DNA of 64,000 bases from Candidatus Velesiimonas alkalicola. Lineage in GTDB: Bacteria > Omnitrophota > Gorgyraeia > Velesiimonadales > Velesiimonadaceae. Location of the stretch: contig NDHX01000004.1 in assembly GCA_013626165.1 (NCBI GenBank), positions 565 to 64,564 of the forward strand, written 5' to 3'. The translations under genes and the position numbers were made by a program. This document shows, in pieces, positions 39,163 through 48,500 of the stretch (its first letter is position 1; each line of letters begins with the position of its first letter). The notes beneath the pieces were generated by a model. It was not told where the DNA came from. It saw only the letters and a program-made list of their open reading frames with translations, and did not search any database.

Positions 39163-39263
39163 TATTTATTATTCACATTTTCTTGTTTGAATCATTTTCA
39201 TTTAATTAGAACCGTCCCCTTTTCCGTTTTCATTTCTCAAAAAGTAGCCTGTCCCCTTTTCTA
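39163..39263. repeat. 101-bp REP/MITE-like repeat R3
   Basis: Direct repeat of 38462-38562; supplies the TAG stop of the tpsA remnant. Confidence 0.92.
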
Positions 39264-40016
39264 CTTTTCTATTCCATATCTCGGCATGTCCTCTATGACA
39301 AACGTGTTTTCATAAGGTACATCAATTGTAAAAAACCACGCAAAATCAAATATTGTGAGGATGCGCTCTGCTATATTGGTTGGATTGCCGCTCATCTCAT
39401 TGATGATATTAACAAGCCCTTCTATATAAACATCCGTGTATGCAACCGTTTCTGGGGTTGTCGCCGGCGCTGCGGTAATGGTGAGAACACCGTTGACGAA
39501 TGTGATCGTATAATTCGTTGCTGTGCCATCTGCCGCTGTGATGGTATAGCTGCCGACATTTGAACCTGTAGTTGCTGCCGTGTTCAATGTTAATCCGCTT
39601 ACCACTGCTGATGTGTCAGTTCCCTTTAAACCGCTGTATGTTGCGGTCAATGCCGGATTTGCATCGCCATACACCTTGCTCTTATTATCCGCTGTTATGG
39701 TCAGAGGTGCAGGGTTCACAGTCAATGCGCCGTTTACATAGCTAATGTCGTAGCCCTGCTGGTTGGAGTAGTAGCCGCCGGGTGTGATGACATAGCTGCC
39801 GGCGTTGATTGCGCCTTGCGAGGTTCCGCCGTAAACCAGTGCGCCTGAGAGCACAGGAGATGGGATGCTGTAGGTTATGCCGCTGCCTCCGCTGTAAGCC
39901 AGTCCGTCATAGGTCTTGCTGTCGTTGTTTGCCGTAATGGTCAGCGGAGTCAGGAAGGACTTTAGCAGGGGATAGGTGTTGCCCTCGTAGATGCGCCATG
40001 TGCTGGTAAAATCCCA
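39261..40016 (-). pseudogene. C-terminal remnant of a TpsA/filamentous-haemagglutinin-like adhesin with MBG-type repeats
   Basis: WDFTSTWRIYEGNTYPLL, PLTITANNDSKTYDG, PLTITADNKSKVYGDANPALT, NYTITFVNGVLTIT; no signal peptide or TPS domain. Confidence 0.8.
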
Positions 40017-40896
40017 ACTTTGTGCCGTTGCGGTCAACAGGGAATATATATTCAATTCTGCCGTATGAAAGTTTGTCAAGGTCTATCTTGTCAAGCCCTG
40101 TTACGCCCCTTAACATGAGGAGGTCTCCATCTGCGACAAGGCTGCCTGTATCAAACCATATTGATGCCCTGTGTTTGCTGATGACTTCTGATCCGAAGTT
40201 GTCATAGCTTATGCCTGCTGATATATATCGTGAGTCCGTTGCCGCTGCAATAATGTCGGCTGTGCCGGGCTCTTTGCCTGCCTTTAAGGATGCCTTTACA
40301 TTAAGGGACGGGTATTCGTTGAGGATGAGAAGCGCCCTTTCAAGTGTATCTTCTTTGAGGGACGGGTCTTTCCTTGCTGTTTCAAGGCGCTTCTGTATGA
40401 ATTCGGCGCTGTAATGTTTATTGCCTGTGACAGCAATGTCTCCTATTTTGCCCTCTATTATTCTAATTCTTACTATTTCCTTTTCTATATCCTGTGCAGG
40501 GATGAATGCATAGGCTATTATGTATCCCTTCTTACGGTATTCATTTGTGATTGCCTCTGCTATATTGCTGATTTCAGAAAGGGTAAGTTCTTTGTTTTCA
40601 TAGGGTGCGGTTATGGACCTGATTGTTTCGACATCAAGCAGTGTCGCACCTTCTACTTTGAATTCACTGACTTTAAACCTGACAGCATCCTTATCTTTTT
40701 CCTCAACCTTATCTTTTTCTATTTCTATGACAGGCGGTTCAGAAGGTTTTTCAGGCGGGATGAGTTCTTTTCTTTCAAGTTGCTTCAATACCTCGCCGCT
40801 CTTTTCCTGAGCGTGGACAGAAAAACAAAAGGCGCTGCAGATTGAGAAAAATGTTGAGAAAAACAATACAACAATCAAGCCCCTAAACCGTTTCAT
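40006..40896 (-). pseudogene. N-terminal part of a TpsB (ShlB/FhaC) transporter: signal peptide, POTRA domains, barrel truncated
   Basis: F.V..FKVEGATLL, IT.EYRKKGYI.AYAFIPAQDI..E.VRIRIIEG, LERALLILNEYP, YDNFGS. Homology ends at GTKLGFY; the frame runs on to 39907. Confidence 0.85.
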
Positions 40897-41173
40897 ATAT
40901 GCATCCCCTTTTAATGATTAACAGCGGAAAACTTTAACAGCAAAAATGTTATCGCGTTTGAAAAATAAAAAGTCAAGCAAAATAAAAAGTCAAGCAAGTT
41001 TACAGGGGTCAGTTTTTACCTGCCCATTTACGTCCCCCTCTACGCCTTTTGGGGAAAACTTACCTATTACCAATATACCACATTTCATTAAACCTGTCAA
41101 GTACAATTTTTGGAAAAACTTAACTCGATTCATGGTGTAATTATCCTAACACATATCTCAGGTTCATGTCAAG

Positions 41174-41231
41174 CCTGTTAGAGAAACCAATATCTATAAA
41201 CACTTTTGGCATCAAGCAATTCTCTAACAGG
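41174..41231. repeat. CC(C/T)GTTAGA-type inverted repeat element
   Basis: cctgttagagaa ... ttctctaacagg; same family at 44081-44109 and a half copy at ~45094. Confidence 0.65.
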
Positions 41232-41260
41232 GTCAAGTAACATGCAAACAGGCTGAATAG

Positions 41261-42355
41261 TTACGGTTTTTCTAAAATAAACCTTACTGTTTCAACTACT
41301 TCATTAACGGTTATGCTTTTAAGACATTTTCTATCTATTGGGCAACTTTTTAGTTTGCAGGGTGAACAAGGGAGGTTTTTATAGAGAACTACATTATTCT
41401 TTCCCAAGGGCCCGGATTTCAGAGGATTAGTTGGTCCATATATTCCAATTACCGGGCATTCAGCTAAAGTAGCTAGATGCAATCCTCCGCAGTCATTACC
41501 AATGGTTAATGAAGAAAATTTTAAAATACCAAGGCTGTAAACTGGGTCTTCTCCAAATCTTGCATCCTTCAAAAGTGGAATTATTGGTTCAAAAGTCATC
41601 TTTCCTTTAATTTTATGAAGAAGTTTTTTTTCTGATTCGTTCCCAATGAGAATCGTTTTGTACCCCATTTTAGAAAGATTATCAGAAAGCAAGGCAAACT
41701 TCTCTTCTCCCCAGGATTTATAAGGATTCCCAGCGCCCGGGATAATGGAGATGAAAGGACCTTCAAAATCATTCAGAAACTTTTTGGCTATAGAAAGAGA
41801 TTCTGGAGGGATGTTAAATTCTGGACCAAAGTTAACTTCTCCAAAGCCAAGAATGCGAGTTAAAGAGAGTAATCTGGCGGTTATGTGAACCTTTCTTTTA
41901 TAGTAAAACCGCCAGCAGGAAAAAAGTGGATTTATGGAAAGAAAATGTTTCGGCATCAGAAGCCAGATGTAAAATGAAGGCAAAAACTTTCTTTGTGTAT
42001 CTACAATAAGGTCAAATTTTCTAAAAAATCTTCTTAAAAATGAAAAATATGTTTTAAAATCCCTTTTCTTTTTTGGGCTTTCATAATGGATATATTCGTC
42101 TATATAGGGGATAGTTCTAAAAATTAAATCACAGGTCGGTCTCTGATATAAGCCAAGATAGATAATCTTTGCCTGAGGAAACATCTTTTTAAAACTGCGA
42201 AACAAAGGAACACTATGGACCAAATCTCCTAATCCTCCTCCACTTTTATATACAGCTATATTTTTTATTCTCTTCTGAAGCGTAAGATATGCCTTTTTAT
42301 GATATGCACGCTTAAACAAGGCATCTGAATAATCCCTAACCCTATAAAATTCCAT
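41261..42355 (-). CDS. Glycosyltransferase family 9 (heptosyltransferase-like)
   Basis: GLGDLV, PGAG..YKSW, GNDCGGLHLA, IYGPT, C.PC. Confidence 0.9.
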   Translation of the reverse strand: MEFYRVRDYSDALFKRAYHKKAYLTLQKRIKNIAVYKSGGGLGDLVHSVPLFRSFKKMFPQAKIIYLGLYQRPTCDLIFRTIPYIDEYIHYESPKKKRDFKTYFSFLRRFFRKFDLIVDTQRKFLPSFYIWLLMPKHFLSINPLFSCWRFYYKRKVHITARLLSLTRILGFGEVNFGPEFNIPPESLSIAKKFLNDFEGPFISIIPGAGNPYKSWGEEKFALLSDNLSKMGYKTILIGNESEKKLLHKIKGKMTFEPIIPLLKDARFGEDPVYSLGILKFSSLTIGNDCGGLHLATLAECPVIGIYGPTNPLKSGPLGKNNVVLYKNLPCSPCKLKSCPIDRKCLKSITVNEVVETVRFILEKP

Positions 42356-42358
42356 AAT

Positions 42359-43090
42359 CTATCTTTTTTGAGCCTTAATTATAAGATGGCGGCTATAAAG
42401 CATTTCGGGGGAAAGTAAAATTTTAAAAATGCGGCTGTAATCCATACCGCCTTTTTTCTTTCCACGTTGACACTTAAAATATGCGTGTAATTTCATTGTT
42501 GGAAAACAAACGATAGAAAGTATTCTTGCCTGTATAAGAGAGATGGAAGAAAATATCTTCTCAGTCTTAAATCCTGTGTCAAATAGAATATATTCTAATT
42601 CAGGATATTTATAGGCAAAAAGATGAATATTAAAAAGATTATGTTTGGAAAAGGCAGATAGCTCCAGGGGCGGCTCACGAAAGTAGTCATATGTGCCTTC
42701 AAAGAGAAATCTCAATCGAGATTTGAGGTTTAAAATGTTTGGTGTAGACAGTATTAAAACTCCTTCTGCTTTAAGAACCCTGTTTATTTCTCTCAATACA
42801 AAATAGGGATTCTTCAGGTGTTCAATTACCTCTAACATAACAACACAGTCAAAACTCTTTTCTTCAAAAGGTAAATCCTCGTTGTTTAAATCGCCCTGCC
42901 TGAACTCAATTTCACCTTTATACCGAAAGCGAGACTGGTCTGCATCTTGTGCTATAACCTCAAATCCTTTATCCTTGGCCTGCTTGGCTAAACTTCCTTC
43001 TCCGGTTCCCAAATCAAGCAACCTTGTTCTCGGTTGATTTTCCAAGATCTTAATTACTTTATTATGCAAATAATTAATTTTATATCCCAT
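42359..43090 (-). CDS. Class I SAM-dependent methyltransferase
   Basis: LLDLGTGEG, FDCVVMLEVIEHL, GVLILSTPN. Confidence 0.88.
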   Translation of the reverse strand: MGYKINYLHNKVIKILENQPRTRLLDLGTGEGSLAKQAKDKGFEVIAQDADQSRFRYKGEIEFRQGDLNNEDLPFEEKSFDCVVMLEVIEHLKNPYFVLREINRVLKAEGVLILSTPNILNLKSRLRFLFEGTYDYFREPPLELSAFSKHNLFNIHLFAYKYPELEYILFDTGFKTEKIFSSISLIQARILSIVCFPTMKLHAYFKCQRGKKKGGMDYSRIFKILLSPEMLYSRHLIIKAQKR

Positions 43091-43902
43091 TATATTTTCT
43101 GAGCATATATTTCCAGGACATTACCAAGACCGAAATAAACAAGCCATCGCCACAGAACAGGAGATATTTTTCTTGTTAACCTTCTCTTTATCTTAAATCC
43201 GCATTTTATCAATAAATCCGAGAGTGTCCTTGCACTGAAGAAGAAAATGTGCTCCCGACTCTCAGTAAATCCACGCCATTTATCTTTTTGCATCCAGTAT
43301 CTTTGACATCCGATATTGGGAGTAGAGATAGCAATCATCCCATTAATCTTCAATAACTGATAGGCTCTTTTTATGTCTGTTTTAGGATCTGCTACATGCT
43401 CAATTACATCAAACATAGTAATCAAATCAAATATTTCTTCTTTTTCAGAAAAATCCTCTAAAGTACCTCTATAGATAGGTAAGCCTGTCTTTTTATGTGT
43501 TATATCCGCAATAACAAACGAGGGCTCAATACCTTCTCCTTCCCATCCTGCAAGTTTAGCATAATGAAGAAATTCTCCCGAGGCACAGCCCACATCTAAA
43601 AGTTTCCCTGGTTTCATCATTTTCTTCAAAAAAGATAGTCTGAGTGGAATCCTTATATTTGGCGGATAAGGATAAAGTAGCTCTTCTGGAATCACCTTCT
43701 CAGGCGATGGGCTACTTATATCTTCGGAAGAATTTTCCTGGTATATTTTCAACAACTCTTTATACTCGGGTTGCGGATTCATATATACCAATCCGCAATT
43801 TAGACAACGCACAATAGTGCGAGGAAAATATTCAGAATTTGGCTGTTTCAATATTATCTTTGTTTCGTCCTTTCCACAGAGATTACAAGAGATATAATAC
43901 AT
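43090..43902 (-). CDS. Class I SAM-dependent methyltransferase with N-terminal Zn-binding motifs
   Basis: CNLCG, CLNCGL, LLDVGCASG, FDVIEHV, ISTPN. Confidence 0.88.
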   Translation of the reverse strand: MYYISCNLCGKDETKIILKQPNSEYFPRTIVRCLNCGLVYMNPQPEYKELLKIYQENSSEDISSPSPEKVIPEELLYPYPPNIRIPLRLSFLKKMMKPGKLLDVGCASGEFLHYAKLAGWEGEGIEPSFVIADITHKKTGLPIYRGTLEDFSEKEEIFDLITMFDVIEHVADPKTDIKRAYQLLKINGMIAISTPNIGCQRYWMQKDKWRGFTESREHIFFFSARTLSDLLIKCGFKIKRRLTRKISPVLWRWLVYFGLGNVLEIYAQKI

Positions 43903-44080
43903 ATTCACAGGGTAATATTTCTTAAAACTTATGCGAAGTTTCAAGGGATTTTTTAGTTTTCTCTATTTCGTTTTTGTTTAAAGTAGTTGAGACCGAAAAA
44001 GTGCCTTTTTTCATGATTACACAGATAAACTCTGTTAGGAATTTATTTCTAAACAGGATAAAACAACCTTTTAATCCCTG

Positions 44081-44109
44081 CCCCGTTAGATGTTTACTAT
44101 CTAACGGGG
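44081..44109. repeat. Palindrome CCCCGTTAGAT-N7-ATCTAACGGGG
   Basis: 11-bp perfect arms. Confidence 0.75.
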
Positions 44110-44195
44110 TGAATGTAATATTTTCAAAACTTGTCCTCGTGAAAACGGGGATCTGTGTTTCTAACAAAACGCAAGTATTTTCGGAAGTCTTACCC

Positions 44196-44543
44196 TTAGG
44201 TGAAGATACTTTTATGCAATAGAAGTGTTTTTTCTTTTTCTTTTGTCCAGCCGTTGTCAGGCATCAGAGGTTTATCTAAACCTGTATGGGGATATACGAT
44301 TGCTTTGCCATTAATCTTGCCCGATTTTACAAGACTTAAAAATTCAATACTGTGCGATAAATCTCCTACGATACTTATGTGATTATCAACATTGATTTCT
44401 TTGTTATATATAAATTCCAAAACTTTTTTTGTATCTGACCAATTGCCGCCAGATGAGCCTGTTATTATCATTTCATCATAGTGAACTTTTCTCATATCAA
44501 CACCGATGATGCTGTCTGCTAATTTCAATCCACCGAAAAGCAT
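44196..44543 (-). pseudogene. C-terminal fragment of a Zn-dependent (MDR) sugar-alcohol dehydrogenase
   Basis: LFGG...VHYDEMIITGSSGG...GKAIVYPH; catalytic N-terminal part absent. Confidence 0.6.
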
Positions 44544-44624
44544 GGTGAGCAGGATGGAATCCTATTTTCAATCCCCATGTTGCTGCAGCCCAAGGGGCTA
44601 AAAGCCATCCACCTGTCAAAGAAG

Positions 44625-44647
44625 TTAAAGGGGTCAGACCCCTTTAA
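44625..44647. repeat. Palindrome TTAAAGGGGTC-A-GACCCCTTTAA
   Basis: 11-bp perfect arms; supplies the stop of a 5-codon hicA stub. Confidence 0.85.
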
Positions 44648-44657
44648 TCTTTTCGCT

Positions 44658-44849
44658 TCATATTGCAATTTCTTTCATCTTGTGTTCTTCAGGTACATCA
44701 TCCATAGCCATCAATAGATAGGCATCCTTAATATTTTCTTCCAATTCCTCAAGAGTCTTTGCCTGGGTCATGATTTCCGGATGTTCGAGAAGTTTCCCAA
44801 GCCAAAATTTCTCTCCCTTCCAATAAATCATGGTCATTTTTGCATTCAT
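44658..44849 (-). CDS. hicB: HicB-like antitoxin (orphan)
   Basis: FWLGKLLEHPEIMTQAKTLEELEENIKDAY. Confidence 0.85.
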   Translation of the reverse strand: MNAKMTMIYWKGEKFWLGKLLEHPEIMTQAKTLEELEENIKDAYLLMAMDDVPEEHKMKEIAI

Positions 44850-44992
44850 GGTTCTTCTGATCGTTTAATTTCATCCGTACCATTCATAAAATTTGAAATC
44901 TCCTTTGGAGATAAAGGGGAGATAAAGAACCGTCCCCTTTTCCTGCTTTATAGGTAAGGATAAATTTATTCAAAAACCAAGACCTGACCCCA

Positions 44993-45085
44993 TTAGCGTT
45001 CAAAAATGCATTTTGGAGGGACATGCTCTCTAGATGTGGATATTGATTCACAACAATAGCAAGTTTCTCCGTTTAAATCCATCAT
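44993..45085 (-). pseudogene. N-terminal stub of an HNH-endonuclease-like gene
   Basis: Hand translation MMDLNGETCYCCESISTSREHVPPKCIFER* (CxxC...EHxxP); ends beside the aagacctgacccc repeat end. Confidence 0.55.
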
Positions 45086-45122
45086 GCCCTCTTCCCCGTT
45101 AGAATGAAACCAAGCTAATCGT

Positions 45123-45530
45123 TCAGCTAATTTGACGCACTCTTTTGACTTTTATAATCGCATATCTTTTTTCTTTTTTTGAATCATAATTAACATTAAC
45201 CAATGTTATCATAATAACTCCCAATGCAATCGTGGAAGACCCTACGTCTATCCTTATCCCTTGGCTTTGCGTATCAAATTTCACATTAGCAATTACAGCC
45301 TCATCCCATATTGAAGTGAGTTCAATCTCTCTATATTCAAATTGATATTTTTCATTTAATTTAAGAGCATATTCTTTATCAGGTTCTAAAATCCCCATGT
45401 TTTTTGACTTTTGCTTATGATACCACCTATGGAAGCACGCCTTAATTTCAGGCCATTTTAAAATTATGATAAATACCATCATAATTATGTTAAGTATTAG
45501 ACTAATAGTCTCTATCATCATTAACCTCAA
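45123..45530 (-). CDS. Hypothetical protein with N-terminal TM helix
   Basis: 135-aa AT-rich ORF; stop lies within GCTGAAC. Confidence 0.55.
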   Translation of the reverse strand: MRLMMIETISLILNIIMMVFIIILKWPEIKACFHRWYHKQKSKNMGILEPDKEYALKLNEKYQFEYREIELTSIWDEAVIANVKFDTQSQGIRIDVGSSTIALGVIMITLVNVNYDSKKEKRYAIIKVKRVRQIS

Positions 45531-45560
45531 TTTCAGATAAGATAATCGAACACGGTTCGT

Positions 45561-48500
45561 TTATCCACAACTGTAGATTACCGAGCATTCTACTTCTGGA
45601 TATAGATTGTCTATATTTTTTTGAATTTCTATTGTCTTTTTCAGGGCGGTGGCGATTTGGCAGTAGTGTTTTATGTCATTGAGGGAAAGGGTTTTCCCTT
45701 TTCTGTCTTTGAGCCATTTGTTGAGCACTTGATAACCACCGATTTGGTATTCCCAAACATCTTTTTCTATTCCCTCAAAACATTGGTCCTTGTTGATGTA
45801 GACCTTTTTTTCTTTTTCACTGTATTTCGGATTCTCCATTCTTCCACTGCCTCTTTCTGGAAACTGGGCAAGGGGATCATCTAACGCTATTGATTTCAAG
45901 AGATGCAAACCAACAAGGACTTTTCCATATCTTTCCATTTTGATGAACAAATCATAATCCTTCGTAAAAGGTATCCTCGGAAAGTCTACTTTTAAAAATT
46001 CAGCGTATTTCTTGCGGTAGACATTGGAATAGAGAGTGCCGTAAATATAAAAGAAAATTTCTTCGGGAGAAGGCTCCTGGCTATAAACTTGAGATAATTT
46101 TTCCACTAATTCAGGGTTGAGGTTGGGTTTCTTTTCGCCTGATTCTAAATGGCTGAACAGACCTTTCTTATCAGTATTGGGGTAGAGGTAGAGAGGACAA
46201 ATAGTATTGTTTGCGAAAGCACTTTCAAAAACACAACTTTCAACAATAAGATCTGACACAAACGTGTAAGAAAATGGTGTCATCTTATTCTGCCTTTTAA
46301 TAAGGAGGCCCAAATTCTCCTGTATCATATGCTGCATTACTTCTTTGCGTGAGCGTTCTATAACAGCATCATGATAGAAAATCCATTGTTTATCAAAAGG
46401 GCGGTAGAGAATTTTTGTAATTGCCTGCTCCCAATCGTCATCTTTTGCTAATTCTCTTCTAACTTCAGCAAACTTCCAGCCTCTTGTATCTTTTAATTTA
46501 AAAGTCTGTTTAACAAGTTCATCGGGCATTGATAGGTTTCTGAACATCGCTATCCGTCTTTTTAAGACATCTTTATCAAAATCAATTACAAATTTATCTC
46601 TTGCCGTAACAATGCCAACACAATTAACAGGAAAAATATCCGTTACTTTCCAGTATTTCTCATAAATTTCTCTCCCTTTCTCTTCTCGTGGGATAAAGAA
46701 GTAATAAGGACTTGTTGGGCTTAGCTTTTTCCATTGGGTCGTTTTTATATCATTCCTCAAAAGCCAATCGCTTTTCTTTTCTCTCAATCCCCAAATCTCT
46801 GAATGATGGACCTTACAGTCAAATCCCCCCTTACCCCCCTTTTCTAAAGGGGGGATGGGGGGCTTACTCTTTATAAACAAAGCAATAGCCACTCCTTGCT
46901 GAATATCAAATACATTATTATCTTTAGAGCCATCGGGGCATTTCTCTTTTTTCAAACTGTTACCATGTAAATCTAAAATATAAATTTCGTTAAAGCTCTT
47001 CATCAAAGACTGCCGCATACCTCTGAATGTGGGATTATCAAGATAACTATGATTGGTGATAAATCCTAAGACTCCTTCACCTGCCTGGTCTATCTTCCAC
47101 TGGGCAAAACGAATAAACTTAACATAATCGTCCTGAAGCCATTTTGGATTCTTCTCGCCAAGTGGTTTGCTGTCAACCTGAAAGTAAGCCTTAATCTCTT
47201 TTGATATCCAATTACCGATGTTAGAGGAATGACCTGAATACGGCGGATTGCCGAGGATTACCAGTATAGGCTGTTCTTTTTTAACTTTCCCGGCTAAATG
47301 GGATTCCTCGGAAAGAGAAGCCATGCCGGGAATCTCGGCCTGGGCAAGCTCCTCCATCTCTAAGGTATTAGTGAGATAGAGTTTGACCCTATCGTCCCTC
47401 TGGAGTCTATAACCAAGTCCTTCTAATAGAAAAGACATCTTTAAATGGCCAACTGCATAGGGCGCCATCATTAGTTCAAAGGCATAGAAATTTTTAAGGA
47501 TATGTTCCTTGATAAATTTTTCTTTACCCCCCTCACCATATTTGGAGACAAATTCTTCTACGGCTAATTTGGATGCCTCAGCCAAAAAGGTAAGCGTGCC
47601 GGCGGCCGGGTCTAAAACAGTAACCGAATCACTGGCAAATCCATCTGCTCTATTAAAATGTTCCTTCAAAATATCTTGTAAGGAACGGGCAATGTAGGAG
47701 ACCACAGGTTCGGGAGTATAATAGACACCCCTCTTTTCCCTCGTTTGTGGGTCATATTCAGCTAAAAAAGTTTCATAGAAGTGGACAATGGGGTCTTTGC
47801 CCTTGCCTTCATGGAAATACTGATGAAGGATATTTTTAACATCAGTAACGGCTAAGACTTCGGAAATATCGTCTATAATCCATTCCATCTGCGGGGGCAA
47901 CTTGCCGCGAGAAACAAACTCAAAAACATCTCGCAATATTCCGATAGTGCCGGGGATATTATCATAAGCCAATTTGCGGTTAAATCCATTTTGTGAGCGA
48001 GTGCGAGCCGCAAAAAGACCATAGGTGATAGTCTGAGCGTATAGATCGGCAAAATCTTCCCTGGTAAGCCCCTTGATGAGATATTCCTGAAATGCCTTAT
48101 AGAATCCCAGGATAAAACCTTTGCCTTTTTCTTCCTCTTCTTTTAATTCTTCTATGATGACTTGGTCTTTCAAGAAACGGGTTCTTTTGGCCAGTTCTAT
48201 AGCCAAAGACTCTGCGGTATAGGTTTGAGGAAGAGAGAAAGAGAAAAATTTGTTTAATAAGCCCAGGAAATCTTTTTCCTTCTCTACAGGGGGAATTGTT
48301 TTTAATGTGTGGATAATAAAAGGCCGGGCAATAAGAACTCTATCAATTAATTGCCCATTACGGTACAAGCGAAATTCAAAAAAGTTGGTCAGGATAAGAT
48401 TGGGAAAAGTTTTAAGGTATCTCTTAAGCTGCTCAGTGTCTTCTATAATATCAAGATTCTTCTCTATGGGCCTTTTTGCTTCTATGTATCCGACAATGTT

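Noticed and set aside
37849-39263. R1-R3 as a CRISPR array
   Set aside because: Repeats are 54-101 bp, separated by ~560-600 bp of coding genes, and there are no cas genes.
40017-40079. ATG 40079 as the real start of the adhesin ORF
   Set aside because: These codons are an alternative frame of tpsB sequence; adhesin homology starts only at the fusion point.
40990-41060. Possible c-di-GMP-I riboswitch upstream of tpsB (GGGGACGTAAA on the minus strand)
   Set aside because: It lacks the GCAAA/GNRA stem architecture and lies upstream of the likely TTGACT promoter. An Rfam scan would be needed.
43922-44222. Two overlapping ~80-aa ORFs
   Set aside because: They span a cluster of palindromic repeats and show no protein signal.
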